A DNA stretch of 64,000 nt from Thermoplasmatota archaeon (GTDB lineage Archaea > Thermoplasmatota > JAKEGO01), in contig JANQNK010000001.1 of the NCBI GenBank assembly GCA_028279595.1, forward strand, positions 128,001 through 192,000, in the 5' to 3' direction. The notes under the pieces were generated by a model. The model worked only from the letters and a program-made list of their open reading frames with translations. It did no database searches and was not told the origin of the DNA. The translations under genes were made by a program, and so were the position numbers. How positions within the stretch are numbered: position 1 is the first letter of the stretch; each line of letters begins with the position of its first letter. Shown one piece after another: positions 27,590-38,277 of this stretch.

Positions 27590-29263
27590 CTAGAACTCGC
27601 CCCTTTCCTTCACGAGCTCCATGGTCCTGTCGTACAACGGGACAGCCTCATTCTCTATCTCCTCCGCTCGTGAGAGAAGCTCGGACGAGACCGTTTCGTC
27701 GACGATCTCCTTGACATTGATCCTCACGTTGAGTCCCGCGCATCTCACCGCGGCAAGCCCCATTATCGCTGCTGAACCGGCGTCGCTGAGCGCACCAGGG
27801 TTCCCGACGACGGCGACCTTATCGGCCAGCCTCATCATCTCGAGGGCCCTCTCCATGGTCTCGAGGGGGACCTTCGCCGCTCCGACGTACGCCTTCTGGA
27901 CCGCTTCGTCCCTTGCGGCGATCTCCTCGTTGGTCTTCTTCTTCATCCTGAAGGCGGCCATGACGTCATTGAAGGCCTCGGTGTCGATATCCACGAGGGC
28001 GATCATTCTCGCCTGAAGGGCCTGGGCCTCGTCCCCCAGTGCTGCCATCTCGACCATGTGGTCCTCCATGCCCTTCTTCCTGTGGGTGAGAGTGGCGACC
28101 ATGGATGTCAGACCGGCGCCCATAGCGCCTGCGAGGGAAGCGACGCTTCCACCACCGGGGGCGGGCGACTCGCGTGAGAGCTCGTCCACGAAGTCATGGA
28201 CCGTCATGGCGGTCAGGTTCTCCTCAGCCGTTATAAGCTCGATAATCCTCTCTTCGGGGACGAACGACGAGAACTCGTTCAACCCCATGGATGTGATCGC
28301 CATTTCGATGAGGTCGCTGTCCGGGACGCCGGTGGTCTTCCCCTGCTTCTCGAGGTAGTACCGTCCGGCCTCGATCATCGGTTCGAGGGGGACGAGTCCG
28401 ATTATCTCGCTCCCAGTGATGCGGACACCTATCTTCTCCGCCTCCTCGACGCACGTCTCGAAGACCACGTGGAGGGGGGTGACCTTGTAGTTTATGAGAT
28501 TGATGGAGACCTGTGCGCGCGAGTACTCATCGATGAACCATCCAATGGCCTTCACCGCCTTGAGGCGGCCAGGCTTCTTGATGGCGACACCGTCGTCGTC
28601 CCTGACGATCTCGCCGGCCTCGTCACGGAGCGCCCTTCCGCGCTCCCTGATCTCGAAGGCGATCTCCCTGGCGTGCTTCGTGTCGGTCGAATTGACATTC
28701 ACGTTGTAGGCGATCAGGAACTCGCGGGCTCCCATGACCGTCGCACCGCTCTTCGCAACCTTGTCGTCGAAGGTCTTGGGTCCGTAGTCGGGAACCCATT
28801 CGGCATCGCCCATCTTGGCCTCGAGCCCCTCGTACTGCCCCTTCCTCACCTCGGCGAGGTTCTTCCTGTGGGGAGCGCTTGCCGATGATTCGTAGAGATA
28901 GACGGGAATGCCCTCCGCACCGACACGCTCGCCGACGCGCTTCGATATCCCGATGCAGTCCTCCATGGTCGCGCCGGATACCGGCACGAACGGGCAGACG
29001 TCGGTCGCTCCCATCCTCGGGTGGGCTCCCTCGTGGACCGACATGTCGATGAGCTCCGAGGCCCGGACGATCATCCTGTACGCAGCTTCCTCCACTCCCT
29101 CGGGTGGACCGATGAACGTGACGACTGTCCTGTTGGTGGCGTCTCCGATCTCGATATCGAGCACCTTCACGCCCTCGACCGACGATATCGTGGCAACGAT
29201 GTCGTCAATGACGTCCTTGTTCCGTCCCTCGCTGAAGTTCGGCACGCATTCCACGAGCGCCAT
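27590..29263 (-). CDS. ftcD: Glutamate formiminotransferase / formiminotetrahydrofolate cyclodeaminase
   Basis: LVECVPNFSEGR, NRTVVT, GAHPRMGATDVCPF, GAREFLIAYN, SPAPGGGS. Confidence 0.95.
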   Translation of the reverse strand: MALVECVPNFSEGRNKDVIDDIVATISSVEGVKVLDIEIGDATNRTVVTFIGPPEGVEEAAYRMIVRASELIDMSVHEGAHPRMGATDVCPFVPVSGATMEDCIGISKRVGERVGAEGIPVYLYESSASAPHRKNLAEVRKGQYEGLEAKMGDAEWVPDYGPKTFDDKVAKSGATVMGAREFLIAYNVNVNSTDTKHAREIAFEIRERGRALRDEAGEIVRDDDGVAIKKPGRLKAVKAIGWFIDEYSRAQVSINLINYKVTPLHVVFETCVEEAEKIGVRITGSEIIGLVPLEPMIEAGRYYLEKQGKTTGVPDSDLIEMAITSMGLNEFSSFVPEERIIELITAEENLTAMTVHDFVDELSRESPAPGGGSVASLAGAMGAGLTSMVATLTHRKKGMEDHMVEMAALGDEAQALQARMIALVDIDTEAFNDVMAAFRMKKKTNEEIAARDEAVQKAYVGAAKVPLETMERALEMMRLADKVAVVGNPGALSDAGSAAIMGLAAVRCAGLNVRINVKEIVDETVSSELLSRAEEIENEAVPLYDRTMELVKERGEF

Positions 29264-29409
29264 GGGGTATCACCGGCGCTCGATACATGGGTTCGCTATT
29301 TAACCGTTTCCAAACAGCCCCAAGGACGGATCGGGGGTACTGGGTCCTCCAGATGGCTCTGAAGAGCGGGAACAGTCAGGTTTTTATCCCATCAGCCGGC
29401 TTCGAGGTC

Positions 29410-29643
29410 ATGGAGACAGACTACTGGGTATACTCCGACGTCATTCGGAAGCGCTCTACGGTGCATACCGGGAGATGCCCCTACTGCAACAAGGGCCGCG
29501 GTTTCCACCACCTTGTCTCCGGCCGCACCGGCGGCGAGTGGAGCGGTCCGTTCTTCACGATCGAAGAAGCGAACGACTTCGCCTCCGGGCTTGAGAGCCC
29601 TGTTCATCTCTGCACTCACTGCATGAAAGAGATCGAGCAGTGA
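29410..29643 (+). CDS. Small putative zinc-binding protein
   Basis: H-x3-C-x2-C, WSGPF and C-x2-C; GAGGT upstream of ATG. Confidence 0.6.
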   Translation: METDYWVYSDVIRKRSTVHTGRCPYCNKGRGFHHLVSGRTGGEWSGPFFTIEEANDFASGLESPVHLCTHCMKEIEQ

Positions 29644-29803
29644 GCGAACGAGATCTGTTCTCATTTCGTGAAAGAGGACGCGCTGGACGACGATCCAGGT
29701 CAGGTCGTCGACACATCTCACCATGGCCGGTCATTGGAAAAGGTCATTACCCGACCCACATCCTTATCTATTTGAAACCTTATCATTAGGCCCCGTTGAT
29801 ACG

Positions 29804-31411
29804 ATGAAATATATTGTGGTCACGGGCGGTGTTTTGTCTGGCCTTGGCAAGGGTATACTCGCTTCATCGATAGGTCTGCTCCTGAAGAGCTGCGGGTTGA
29901 CGGTGACCGCGGTCAAGATCGATCCATATCTCAACTGCGACGCTGGTACGATGAACCCCTACCAGCACGGCGAGGTCTACGTGATGGACGACGGCGGCGA
30001 GGTTGACCTCGACCTCGGCAACTACGAGCGGTTCCTGGACATCAGCATGGGCAGGGACAACAATATCACGACCGGAAAGGCGTACCTCAATGTCATCCAG
30101 AAGGAGAGGAAGGGCGACTACCTCGGCCACACGGTCCAGATCATCCCCCACGTCACGAACGAGATCCGCGAGATGATATTCAACGTCGGCAAGGAGTCCG
30201 GCGCGGATGCGATGATAATCGAGCTCGGCGGGACCGTGGGCGACATCGAGTCCATGCCCTTCGTCGAGGCCCTCCGCCAGATGAGGTCGGAACTGAAGCG
30301 CGAGGACATAATCTTCGTCCACACGACCCTGGTCCCTGTGATGGGCGTGGTCGGGGAACAGAAGACGAAGCCCACCCAGCACAGCGTGAAGACCCTCATG
30401 TCCCTGGGAATTCATCCGGACATGGTCGGCGCCCGGTGCACCGATCCGCTGGCCACGGAGACCAGGAGGAAGATATCCCTGTTCTGCGACGTTCCCGACG
30501 AGGCCGTGTTGAGCGTCCACGACGTCGAGAACATTCACGAGGTGCCCCTCCTCCTGGAGGACCAGGGGGTCACAGATTACGTCAAGAGGTTCCTCCACCT
30601 GGACATACCCGAACCCGACCTCGAGAAGTGGGCCGAGTACGTGGACATCCTCAAGAACGCTGAACAGACCGTAAGGATCGCTCTCATCGGGAAGTATACC
30701 CATCTGAAGGACTCCTACATCAGCCACATGAAGGCCCTGAACCACGCGGGTGTGGAGAACGGCGTCAAACTCGACTTCCACTGGGTGGAGGCGGGGGATC
30801 TGGAGAAGTCGGGTGACACCTCCGTCCTTGACGGATGCGACGGGATCCTCGTCCCAGGCGGGTTCGGCTATCGCGGCGCCGAGGGGAAGATGCTGGCGAT
30901 CCAGTATTCCCGGGAGAACAACATCCCCTACCTGGGCCTGTGCTTCGGGATGCAGCTGGCGGTCATCGAGTTCGCACGGAACGTCGTTGGATGGGAGGAT
31001 GCGACGAGCGGCGAGTTCGTCGAAGAGTTCGGGATCGAATCTGAGCACAGGGTGATAGACCTCATGCCCGAACAGAACGGGATCGACGAGATGGGAGCCA
31101 CCATGCGGCTGGGAGCCCAGAACGTCTATCTGAAGGAGGGGACCATGGTCCACGGCCTGTACGGTTCCACAGAGATATCCGAACGCCACAGGCACAGGTA
31201 CGAGGTGACGCCGGAGTACATACCCGCCATCGAGGGGGCCGGGATGTTGTTCTCGGGGAACGATGGAGGGATCAGGATGGAGTGTGTCGAGATACCCGGC
31301 CACCCCTTCTTCCTGGCGACCCAGTTCCATCCGGAGTTCAAATCCCGTCCGTGGGGCGCATCGCCGCCGTTCAAGGGATTCGTTAGAGCGGCCAAGGAGA
31401 GGACAGGATGA
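29804..31411 (+). CDS. pyrG: CTP synthase
   Basis: [63 protein letters not shown]. Confidence 0.98.
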   Translation: MKYIVVTGGVLSGLGKGILASSIGLLLKSCGLTVTAVKIDPYLNCDAGTMNPYQHGEVYVMDDGGEVDLDLGNYERFLDISMGRDNNITTGKAYLNVIQKERKGDYLGHTVQIIPHVTNEIREMIFNVGKESGADAMIIELGGTVGDIESMPFVEALRQMRSELKREDIIFVHTTLVPVMGVVGEQKTKPTQHSVKTLMSLGIHPDMVGARCTDPLATETRRKISLFCDVPDEAVLSVHDVENIHEVPLLLEDQGVTDYVKRFLHLDIPEPDLEKWAEYVDILKNAEQTVRIALIGKYTHLKDSYISHMKALNHAGVENGVKLDFHWVEAGDLEKSGDTSVLDGCDGILVPGGFGYRGAEGKMLAIQYSRENNIPYLGLCFGMQLAVIEFARNVVGWEDATSGEFVEEFGIESEHRVIDLMPEQNGIDEMGATMRLGAQNVYLKEGTMVHGLYGSTEISERHRHRYEVTPEYIPAIEGAGMLFSGNDGGIRMECVEIPGHPFFLATQFHPEFKSRPWGASPPFKGFVRAAKERTG

Positions 31412-31791
31412 CGGTAAAGAAGGTTTCCGTCGAGATCGAGGGGGACCATTTCATAGGAACGGACGAATTCGGTTCCATCCGTCTGGATTATTTCGAGAAG
31501 GGGATCACGCCGATCAAAGCTCTGATGGCGTCGGCCGCCACCTGTAGCATCATGGACATCAAACAGGTCCTAGGGAAGCGCAAGGTCGAGTACTCGGTGT
31601 TGAAGGCTGACGTGGAGGCCGTGAAGGAGGACGATCCCGCAAGGCTGACGAAGCTTCACATCATTTTCACGACCGACGCCCCGCTGACGGAGATGGAGCG
31701 GGCTGTCAAGCTCTCGATCGATAGGTACTGCACTGTTGTGAACACTATCAAGGGCGTCACCGATGTGACGACCGAGATCATCATTGTATGA
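31408..31791 (+). CDS. OsmC family protein
   Basis: [14 protein letters not shown] ... RAVKLS.DRYCTV. Confidence 0.88.
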   Translation: MTVKKVSVEIEGDHFIGTDEFGSIRLDYFEKGITPIKALMASAATCSIMDIKQVLGKRKVEYSVLKADVEAVKEDDPARLTKLHIIFTTDAPLTEMERAVKLSIDRYCTVVNTIKGVTDVTTEIIIV

Positions 31792-32718
31792 TCAGGGTAG
31801 AACGGACCCTGGCATCTTTCCGTCCTTGGTCAATACGACGACCCTCGATTCTGGCTTCTCCTTTGCAATGACGTAGCCGGTGGCGTCCTCCATCCTACGG
31901 GCGAAGTCCCTCACCTCGTCCTGCGACGGCATGTTGTCAATCGTCATCCTCATCCTCGAGTACCCGACAAAGACGTATCCCTTGGCCTCGATGAAGTCCG
32001 GCTCCGCCATCGCGACGAGCCTGGCAAAGCCGTCGACATCGGTCATGTTCCAGCCCCTGACCAGCGTGTGCCTTACGACGGTCCTCGTGTCCAGGGACGG
32101 CATGATCGCGAGGCTCTCGACGATCCGGTCCCAGAGGCCTGGCTCCATAGGCTTGCAGAGGTTACCGTAGACCTCCTCGTTGGGTGCGTCCACGGATATG
32201 TAGAGCTGCGACGGGAGGTCGTCCATAGATGACAGGACGTCAGGTCTGGTGCCGTTCGTCACCAGGAACGTCGTCATCCCACGGCTCCTGGCCAGTCCGA
32301 TGAACTCTCCGAGATGCGGATACAGGGTGGGTTCACCCGCGAGAGATATCGCTATCTGGTTCGGCTCCCTCGACTCGTGCCACATGGCCTCTTCCACCGT
32401 CTCGATCCCCCGGTAGCCGGAGACCAATCGCGCCTGTGCCTCGATCGCACCGTCGAGGATGGACTCCGGATCGTCGGGAACGATATCCTCGGCCTTCCCG
32501 CCGTGATACCTCCAACAGTAGGTGCATTTCTGGTTGCAGTCGAGCCAGGGGGTCATCTGCAGGCACCTGTGGCACTCGATCCCGTAGAAATCCTCCTTGT
32601 AACATGAACGGCCCTTCATCAGCTTCTGCCTGAGCCAGTGGCATAATTTCACAGCGGAGTGTTGGCCGACAAGTCCGTAGCCCTGCTTCTCGAGGACCTC
32701 CCTGAGGCGGTCGTTCAT
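31792..32718 (-). CDS. taw1: 4-demethylwyosine synthase Taw1/TYW1 (radical SAM)
   Basis: HSAVKLCHW, CYKEDFYGIECHRCLQMTP, CNQKCTYCWR, AISLAGEPT. Confidence 0.95.
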   Translation of the reverse strand: MNDRLREVLEKQGYGLVGQHSAVKLCHWLRQKLMKGRSCYKEDFYGIECHRCLQMTPWLDCNQKCTYCWRYHGGKAEDIVPDDPESILDGAIEAQARLVSGYRGIETVEEAMWHESREPNQIAISLAGEPTLYPHLGEFIGLARSRGMTTFLVTNGTRPDVLSSMDDLPSQLYISVDAPNEEVYGNLCKPMEPGLWDRIVESLAIMPSLDTRTVVRHTLVRGWNMTDVDGFARLVAMAEPDFIEAKGYVFVGYSRMRMTIDNMPSQDEVRDFARRMEDATGYVIAKEKPESRVVVLTKDGKMPGSVLP

Positions 32719-33152
32719 ACGGGCCTCTCCATCGCGTACGCGTCCTCACCGCTGGTGTAGTAGTGCTGGAGGAGTCCCCTGATGTCGAAGCCGTGATGCT
32801 GGTAGAACTGTATGGCGGTCTTGTTGGTTATCCTGACCTCGAGGATGATCCGCTTGGCGCTTCGACCGATCGCCTCGCGCATGAACGCCTTCATCAGCAT
32901 CGTGCCGACGCCCTTCCGCCGGTAGGACGGATGCACCGAAAGCATCAGGAGACGGGCGCTCCCGTCCTCGTTCATGGCTCCCAGGGCGAACCCGACGATC
33001 CTCTTCCCCCTCTCGAGGACCAGGAACGCCTCTGGCCAGTGTTTCGCAAGCTGGAGGTACACGCTCGGATCGTAGTTCTCACCGAGCGTCTTCCCCACTA
33101 TGCCCATGACCTGGCCGAGGTCCTCCTTCGAGAACCGCCGCATGCGGTACAT
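32715..33152 (-). CDS. RimI/Ard1-like N-acetyltransferase
   Basis: SVHPSYRRKGVG, LEVRITN..A..FY...GF, YY..GEDAY.M. Confidence 0.88.
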   Translation of the reverse strand: MYRMRRFSKEDLGQVMGIVGKTLGENYDPSVYLQLAKHWPEAFLVLERGKRIVGFALGAMNEDGSARLLMLSVHPSYRRKGVGTMLMKAFMREAIGRSAKRIILEVRITNKTAIQFYQHHGFDIRGLLQHYYTSGEDAYAMERPV

Positions 33153-33251
33153 CGGTTGGAGCATTCCCGGAGGGGATATAAACAATTTGGAAGACATGTT
33201 CCGAACCCGTTCGGCGGAGGCTCTTTATCGGAACCCTGTCTAGTGACGACC

Positions 33252-34106
33252 ATGACCGCCTCCAAGCAAAGGGTCTGCGGCGTCAAGAGGACGATCGAGG
33301 GGATGACAGTCCACGACGGAGCCGGCGTCCGTCTCAACAGGATCATCGCGTCCCCGCAGCTGAACCATGTCGATCCATTCGTGCTCCTGGACGAGTTCAG
33401 GAGCGACGATCCGAACGATTACATCAAGGGATTCCCCTGGCACCCCCATCGCGGTATCGAGACCGTGACCTACATGGTCCACGGGAGGTTCAAGCACGAG
33501 GACTCCCGGGGCGGCGGCGGAACCCTCTCATCCGGCGATGTCCAGTGGATGACCGCGGGAAAGGGGATCCTCCACCAGGAGATGCCCGGCCAGACCGACG
33601 GGAGCATGTGGGGATACCAGCTATGGTTGACCCTTCCGAAAGCGGACAAGATGGTTGAGCCTAGGTATCAGCATTTATCCTCCGAGGACATCCCCGTGGT
33701 GAATGAAGGAGATGTCGAAGTGAGGATAATATCCGGCGAGTTCAACGGTTCCATCGGACCGGCGCAAACCTGGTTCCCGATATCATACTTCGACGTCAGG
33801 CTCCCTGATGGGGCGGCCTTCCATCATCACCCGAAGCCAGGTATGAACTTCCTCGTTTACGTACACACGGGATCTGTGGTGATTGGAAGCGGTGATGGCG
33901 CTTCCGAGATCCCGATGGGAGGTCTGGCAATACTCGATGACGGGATCGAGGTCCACGCCACTGGTGGTTCGGAGAAGAACGGATTCCTCTTCCTCGCTGG
34001 CAAGCCATTGAACGAGCCGATCGCCCGGGGCGGACCGTTCGTAATGAACACACCCGAGGAGATCGAGCAGGCATGGAAGGACTTCTACGATGGGAACCTG
34101 TTCTAA
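33252..34106 (+). CDS. Pirin family protein
   Basis: DPFVLLDEF, GFPWHPHRGIETVTY, VQWMTAG.GI.H.E, GPFVMNT. Confidence 0.95.
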   Translation: MTASKQRVCGVKRTIEGMTVHDGAGVRLNRIIASPQLNHVDPFVLLDEFRSDDPNDYIKGFPWHPHRGIETVTYMVHGRFKHEDSRGGGGTLSSGDVQWMTAGKGILHQEMPGQTDGSMWGYQLWLTLPKADKMVEPRYQHLSSEDIPVVNEGDVEVRIISGEFNGSIGPAQTWFPISYFDVRLPDGAAFHHHPKPGMNFLVYVHTGSVVIGSGDGASEIPMGGLAILDDGIEVHATGGSEKNGFLFLAGKPLNEPIARGGPFVMNTPEEIEQAWKDFYDGNLF

Positions 34107-34120
34107 TGGATGGTGATGTG

Positions 34121-34684
34121 ATGGAATACTTTCACGACGAGAAGAACATCCAGGAATACATCGGGATGGCAGAGGGATTCGATGGCCGCGAGCTCATCGA
34201 GATACTGAAGGGACACCTGGAACCCGGCTCCACGGTGCTCGAACTAGGGATGGGCCCTGGAAAGGACCTCGAGATCCTCGGAGAGAGGTATTCGGTGACA
34301 GGTTCGGACTATTCCAGGCCCTTCATCGACCGGTACAGGAGGATCGACCCCGATGCCGACCTGTTGCTCCTGGACGCATGTACCCTGGAGACGGACCGGA
34401 CCTTCGATTGCATCTATTCCAACAAGGTCCTGATGCACCTCCAGAGGGATGAGATGAAGGCTTCCATTGAAAGACAGGCAGACCTTCTGAACGACGGGGG
34501 ATTGCTGTTCCACTCATTCTGGAAAGGGGATAGCGAGGAGACGAAGCGGGGGGTGCACTTCGTCTACTACGAATCCCAGCACCTATTCGAGATGATCGAG
34601 GACCTTTACGACGTCATCGAGATCGAGACATACACCGAGTTCGAAGAGGACGACTCCATCTATCTAATTGCCCGGAAGAGATGA
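34121..34684 (+). CDS. Class I SAM-dependent methyltransferase
   Basis: VLELGMGPG motif I; FD.IYSNKVL.H. Confidence 0.88.
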   Translation: MEYFHDEKNIQEYIGMAEGFDGRELIEILKGHLEPGSTVLELGMGPGKDLEILGERYSVTGSDYSRPFIDRYRRIDPDADLLLLDACTLETDRTFDCIYSNKVLMHLQRDEMKASIERQADLLNDGGLLFHSFWKGDSEETKRGVHFVYYESQHLFEMIEDLYDVIEIETYTEFEEDDSIYLIARKR

Positions 34685-34745
34685 GATCACAAATCCATCC
34701 ACCTCCATGAGTCGGTCTTATTAGGAAACGACCACATGGGGTCCC

Positions 34746-35501
34746 ATGGACCTTCAGATCACGGACGTCACTCCCGACAATGTCGACAAGGAGGGCTTCT
34801 TCTGCTACATGAGCAAGAGGAAGACTCCCGGATTCCAGAAGAAACTTGGATGGGTGAAGGCCAGGCTCGCTGAGGGTATGAGGATCAAGATCTCGCTAAA
34901 GGACAGCCGGTCCTTCATCGAATACATACCGGGCGAGCATTGCTGGCGTGCCATCGAGGCCGACGGCTACATGGTCGTGCACTGCATCTGGGTCGTGGGA
35001 AAGAAGAGACACGGGCAAGGTCACGGATCATACCTTCTGAATGAATGCATAAAGGATGCCAGGTCCAACGGAATGAAGGGCGTCGCTGCCGTAACGAGCA
35101 AAGGAACCTGGCTTGCCGAAAAGGGCCTATACGAGAGGAATGGGTTCGAATCCGTCGAGAAGGCAGATCCCTCATTCGATCTCATGGCCCTCAGGTTCGG
35201 TGACGACCCCCTCCCGAGGTTCGCCGGTGATTGGGATAGCAAGGCCGCCCAGTTCGGATCCGGATTCACTGTTCTGAGGACTGACCAGTGTCCATACATC
35301 GAGGACACGGTCGCTCCGGTCGTCGAGACGGCCGAAGAGCTCGGTGTGGACTGCAACGTCGTAGAGATTAGGAGCAGGAAGGAGGTCATGGAGAAGATGC
35401 CCTATCCATATGGAACGTTCTCCATCGTGTACGACGGGAAGCCGTTCAGCTATCACTATCTCCTGAAGAAGGGCATACTGAAACGCCTTGAAGGATTCTA
35501 A
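34746..35501 (+). CDS. GNAT acetyltransferase with YoaP-like C-terminal domain
   Basis: FIEYIPGE.CWR, HCIWV....GQGHG, QCPY, P.P...FS..YDG. Confidence 0.8.
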   Translation: MDLQITDVTPDNVDKEGFFCYMSKRKTPGFQKKLGWVKARLAEGMRIKISLKDSRSFIEYIPGEHCWRAIEADGYMVVHCIWVVGKKRHGQGHGSYLLNECIKDARSNGMKGVAAVTSKGTWLAEKGLYERNGFESVEKADPSFDLMALRFGDDPLPRFAGDWDSKAAQFGSGFTVLRTDQCPYIEDTVAPVVETAEELGVDCNVVEIRSRKEVMEKMPYPYGTFSIVYDGKPFSYHYLLKKGILKRLEGF

Positions 35502-35503
35502 AC

Positions 35504-35708
35504 GGTACTGACTTCCGGATCCGTGAAAAAGGCTGTGGTCCCGACTCCCGGATCGGTGAAAAAGGCTGCTGGATAAAATCGCGATTTTCACCGAGAGGGA
35601 GCCGCATCACGATATTCCTGAACATCGTCGAGGTGACAGCGACCGGATCCACGAAAAAGGGATTCGGAGACCTATAATTCTATTTCGTGGAGAGGGAGTT
35701 GGGACCAC
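35504..35708. repeat. Array of tRNA-Tyr 3'-end copies joined to GAAA/TTTC stems (family C; two full units and one partial)
   Basis: 19 nt (35535-35553) identical to 35733-35751; stems TCGGTGAAAA/TTTTCACCGA and TCCACGAAA/TTTCGTGGA, each followed by GA and an inverted tRNA end. Confidence 0.85.
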
Positions 35709-35733
35709 GTCACTTTGAGAGTAATAAGAAAAG

Positions 35734-35840
35734 TGGTCCCGACTCCCGGATTTGAACCGGGGACCTGCCGGTCTCGGCAGCATGGCAGAGAGCCAATGGA
35801 TCTACAGCCGGCCGCTCTAGCCAGTCTGAGCTAAGTCGGG
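35734..35840 (-). tRNA. tRNA-Tyr (GTA) with 29-nt intron at 37/38 (35773-35801) and encoded CCA
   Basis: CCCGACT...AGTCGGG-A-CCA; GCCGG-CT-GTA-G[intron]A-CCGGC; GTTCAAATC. Confidence 0.93.
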
Positions 35841-35898
35841 ACTAATGCGGAAAAGAAGGAATGCCATATAAATATCTTTCATAGACGGCCGGCCGCCG

Positions 35899-36010
35899 CC
35901 CGCTCTACGAGGGAACGTGAGTTCCCGAGCACGCACATCCGTAGGGTGTGCTGTGGCCAGTCTGATCTAAGTCGGGACCCAAGCGGTAAAGAAGGAATGC
36001 CAAATGAATA
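35899..36010 (-). repeat. Partial copy of the tRNA-Tyr 5' end and upstream region interrupted by a 48-nt double-hairpin insert (family A)
   Basis: CCCGACTTAGaTCAGACTGGC[35955-35908]TAGAGCGG; upstream flank also duplicated (GCGG.AAAGAAGGAATGCCA). Confidence 0.85.
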
Positions 36011-36033
36011 ACTTTGATGCGGGGGCCCGTGGT

Positions 36034-36855
36034 TCATCTCTCTATCGACATGGAGTAATCAATGGACCTAACGGAATGAGTTAGGCCACCCACCGAGATC
36101 CTGTGGGCCGAGAACGCATAATCCCCGATGTTCTCCTCGGTTATCCCTCCAGAGATCTCGACGACGATCATCGGATAGGTCAGCTGGAGCTTGTTGTAGG
36201 TCCAGTTGGCGTCCTGTGGCGTGAAGTTGTCCAGCATGATGATATCCGCACCGGCTTGCGCGGCCTCCAGTGCTTCGTCAGGCGAGGTCACCTCGATCTC
36301 GATGTCATCATGCCCGGCCCTCGACGCTCTCTCGACCGCCTTCCTGATCGATCCGGCCATCTCGATGTGGTTCTCCTTGATGAGGACGGCATCATTGAGG
36401 CCCCATCGGTGCTGGATCCCCCCTCCGATCTCCACTGCCAACTTCTCGAAGTATCTGAAACCAGGGGTCGTCTTCCTCGTAGCGGCGATCTCAACGTCGG
36501 GCTTGGCCCTTCGGGCCTCCTCGACGAGATGGGACGTCGCCGTGGCGATGCCGGACATCCGTGACAGGATGTTCAGTGCGAGGCGTTCCCCCCTCAGTAT
36601 GTCCCGGGCCTCTCCCTCGACCTCGATCACGGTCTCACCCGGCAGGATATCGTCACCGTCAAGGATCCGTGCGTTGGCGTCGCATCCGACCATCCGGAAG
36701 ACCTCACAGGCCACCTCCGCGCCGGCCACGACACCCTTCTCCTTGGCGACAATTGTACCACTGGCACGGCCATGATCGACGACAGCGTCGCTGGTGATGT
36801 CGCCATTCCCGACGTCCTCCTCCAGGAACGCTTCCAGGGCTTCCCTTAGGTCCAT
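36034..36855 (-). CDS. nadC: Nicotinate-nucleotide diphosphorylase (carboxylating)
   Basis: EDVGNGDITS, ERLALN...MSGIAT, TRKTTPG, HR.GL.DAVLIKENH, IMLDN, SGGIT. Confidence 0.96.
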   Translation of the reverse strand: MDLREALEAFLEEDVGNGDITSDAVVDHGRASGTIVAKEKGVVAGAEVACEVFRMVGCDANARILDGDDILPGETVIEVEGEARDILRGERLALNILSRMSGIATATSHLVEEARRAKPDVEIAATRKTTPGFRYFEKLAVEIGGGIQHRWGLNDAVLIKENHIEMAGSIRKAVERASRAGHDDIEIEVTSPDEALEAAQAGADIIMLDNFTPQDANWTYNKLQLTYPMIVVEISGGITEENIGDYAFSAHRISVGGLTHSVRSIDYSMSIER

Positions 36856-36965
36856 GGTCGAAGATTGCCTCCCTTGATATTTAATTGTGATGTCGATGGG
36901 CCTATCTTAACAATGGCCCAATAATTTAATAAGAGGGTCACTTTACCGACACAGTGGGACCGCCC

Positions 36966-37577
36966 ATGGAATTCGACGAACACCCGTTCGGGAAGGACGA
37001 CCTCTCGCTCCTCGGCCTGGAGGCCGGCGGCACCTACGAGACCGTCGTTCTGGTCGATATCGAAGGCGAACATCACGTGAAGCCGCTGGGACTCCATGTG
37101 ACCTCATGCGGCCTCTTCGTGACCATCTTCCTGCCCTCCCGTGCCTTCGAGGGCACTGATGTCGGTGACCGACTCTTCATCTCGATCCCCTCGTACCGAG
37201 ACATTTCGCTGTTCGAGAGGTTCCTGTCGGGTAAGCCAACAGAGGATGGTGTCGTCCAGCCCTTCGAGAGGTCATCCTTCCCGAAACTCGCCGACCTCCC
37301 AGGCCTCCTTGTGGAGGTCGCTGCCATCGAGGAGGGCGAGGTCACCGACGAGCGTGGGACTGCCGGGGTCCGCTACCTTTTCCTGAAACCGCTTCACTCC
37401 GAGGTACCGGTCCATGGTTGGACGCCGATCTGCCGGGCCCACTCCCTTTTGGTGGAGGCTTCCATTGCAATAACCAGGGGCGAAAGGGATGAGGCCGCCA
37501 GTCTCCTGGAAAGGGCTTCCAGGACCGCTCCATACTCGCTCCGCGAGACCGTTCGATTAATGGAAAATCTTATATAA
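36966..37577 (+). CDS. DUF447-like protein
   Basis: YETVV.......KPLG and RA..LLVEASI..TR patterns. Confidence 0.6.
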   Translation: MEFDEHPFGKDDLSLLGLEAGGTYETVVLVDIEGEHHVKPLGLHVTSCGLFVTIFLPSRAFEGTDVGDRLFISIPSYRDISLFERFLSGKPTEDGVVQPFERSSFPKLADLPGLLVEVAAIEEGEVTDERGTAGVRYLFLKPLHSEVPVHGWTPICRAHSLLVEASIAITRGERDEAASLLERASRTAPYSLRETVRLMENLI

Positions 37578-37622
37578 TTCCCCCTGATAATAGACCTCGA
37601 ACACGCCAGGGGTGAGTTTTTA

Positions 37623-38261
37623 ATGAACGAAGAACTCAAAAAGACTGGTACAACGACAGTGGGAATAACTTGTAAGGACGGTGTCGTCCTGGCCACCGAG
37701 AGGCGCGCCACAATGGGGACCCTCATCGCCCACAAGAACACCCAGAAGCTCTTCGAGATCGACGACAACATCGGTATGACCACCGCCGGTCTCGTCGGAG
37801 ACGCCCAGATACTCGTCAGGTACCTCGTCGCAGAGACCAATCTCTACAGGCTCAGGTACGGCCGGCCGATGTCCATAAAGGCCGCGTCAACACTGATGGC
37901 CAACATACTTTCGGGAAACAAGTACATGCCCTACTGGGTACAGCTCATCGTCGGCGGCGTTGACTCCGACGGCGGTCACGTGTACTCCCTCGATCCGGCA
38001 GGAGGCTCGATCGAGGACATCTACATCACGACCGGATCGGGTTCACCTTACGTTTACGGGGTCCTCGAGGACCATTTCACGGAGGGAATGACCACCAAGG
38101 AGGGCGTCGACCTCGCCATCCGTGGCATCTCCGCAGCGATGAAGCGCGACTCCGCCTCAGGGGAGGGCATCGACGTCGCCATCATCGATGAAAAGGGTTT
38201 CAACATCCTGTCCGAGAAGGATGTCCAGGACAGGATCAAGAAGATGAAGTTAAAGGCTTGA
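37623..38261 (+). CDS. psmB: Proteasome subunit beta
   Basis: Propeptide KTG|[31 protein letters not shown]. Confidence 0.97.
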   Translation: MNEELKKTGTTTVGITCKDGVVLATERRATMGTLIAHKNTQKLFEIDDNIGMTTAGLVGDAQILVRYLVAETNLYRLRYGRPMSIKAASTLMANILSGNKYMPYWVQLIVGGVDSDGGHVYSLDPAGGSIEDIYITTGSGSPYVYGVLEDHFTEGMTTKEGVDLAIRGISAAMKRDSASGEGIDVAIIDEKGFNILSEKDVQDRIKKMKLKA

Positions 38262-38277
38262 ATGAGAGGAGATCAAC

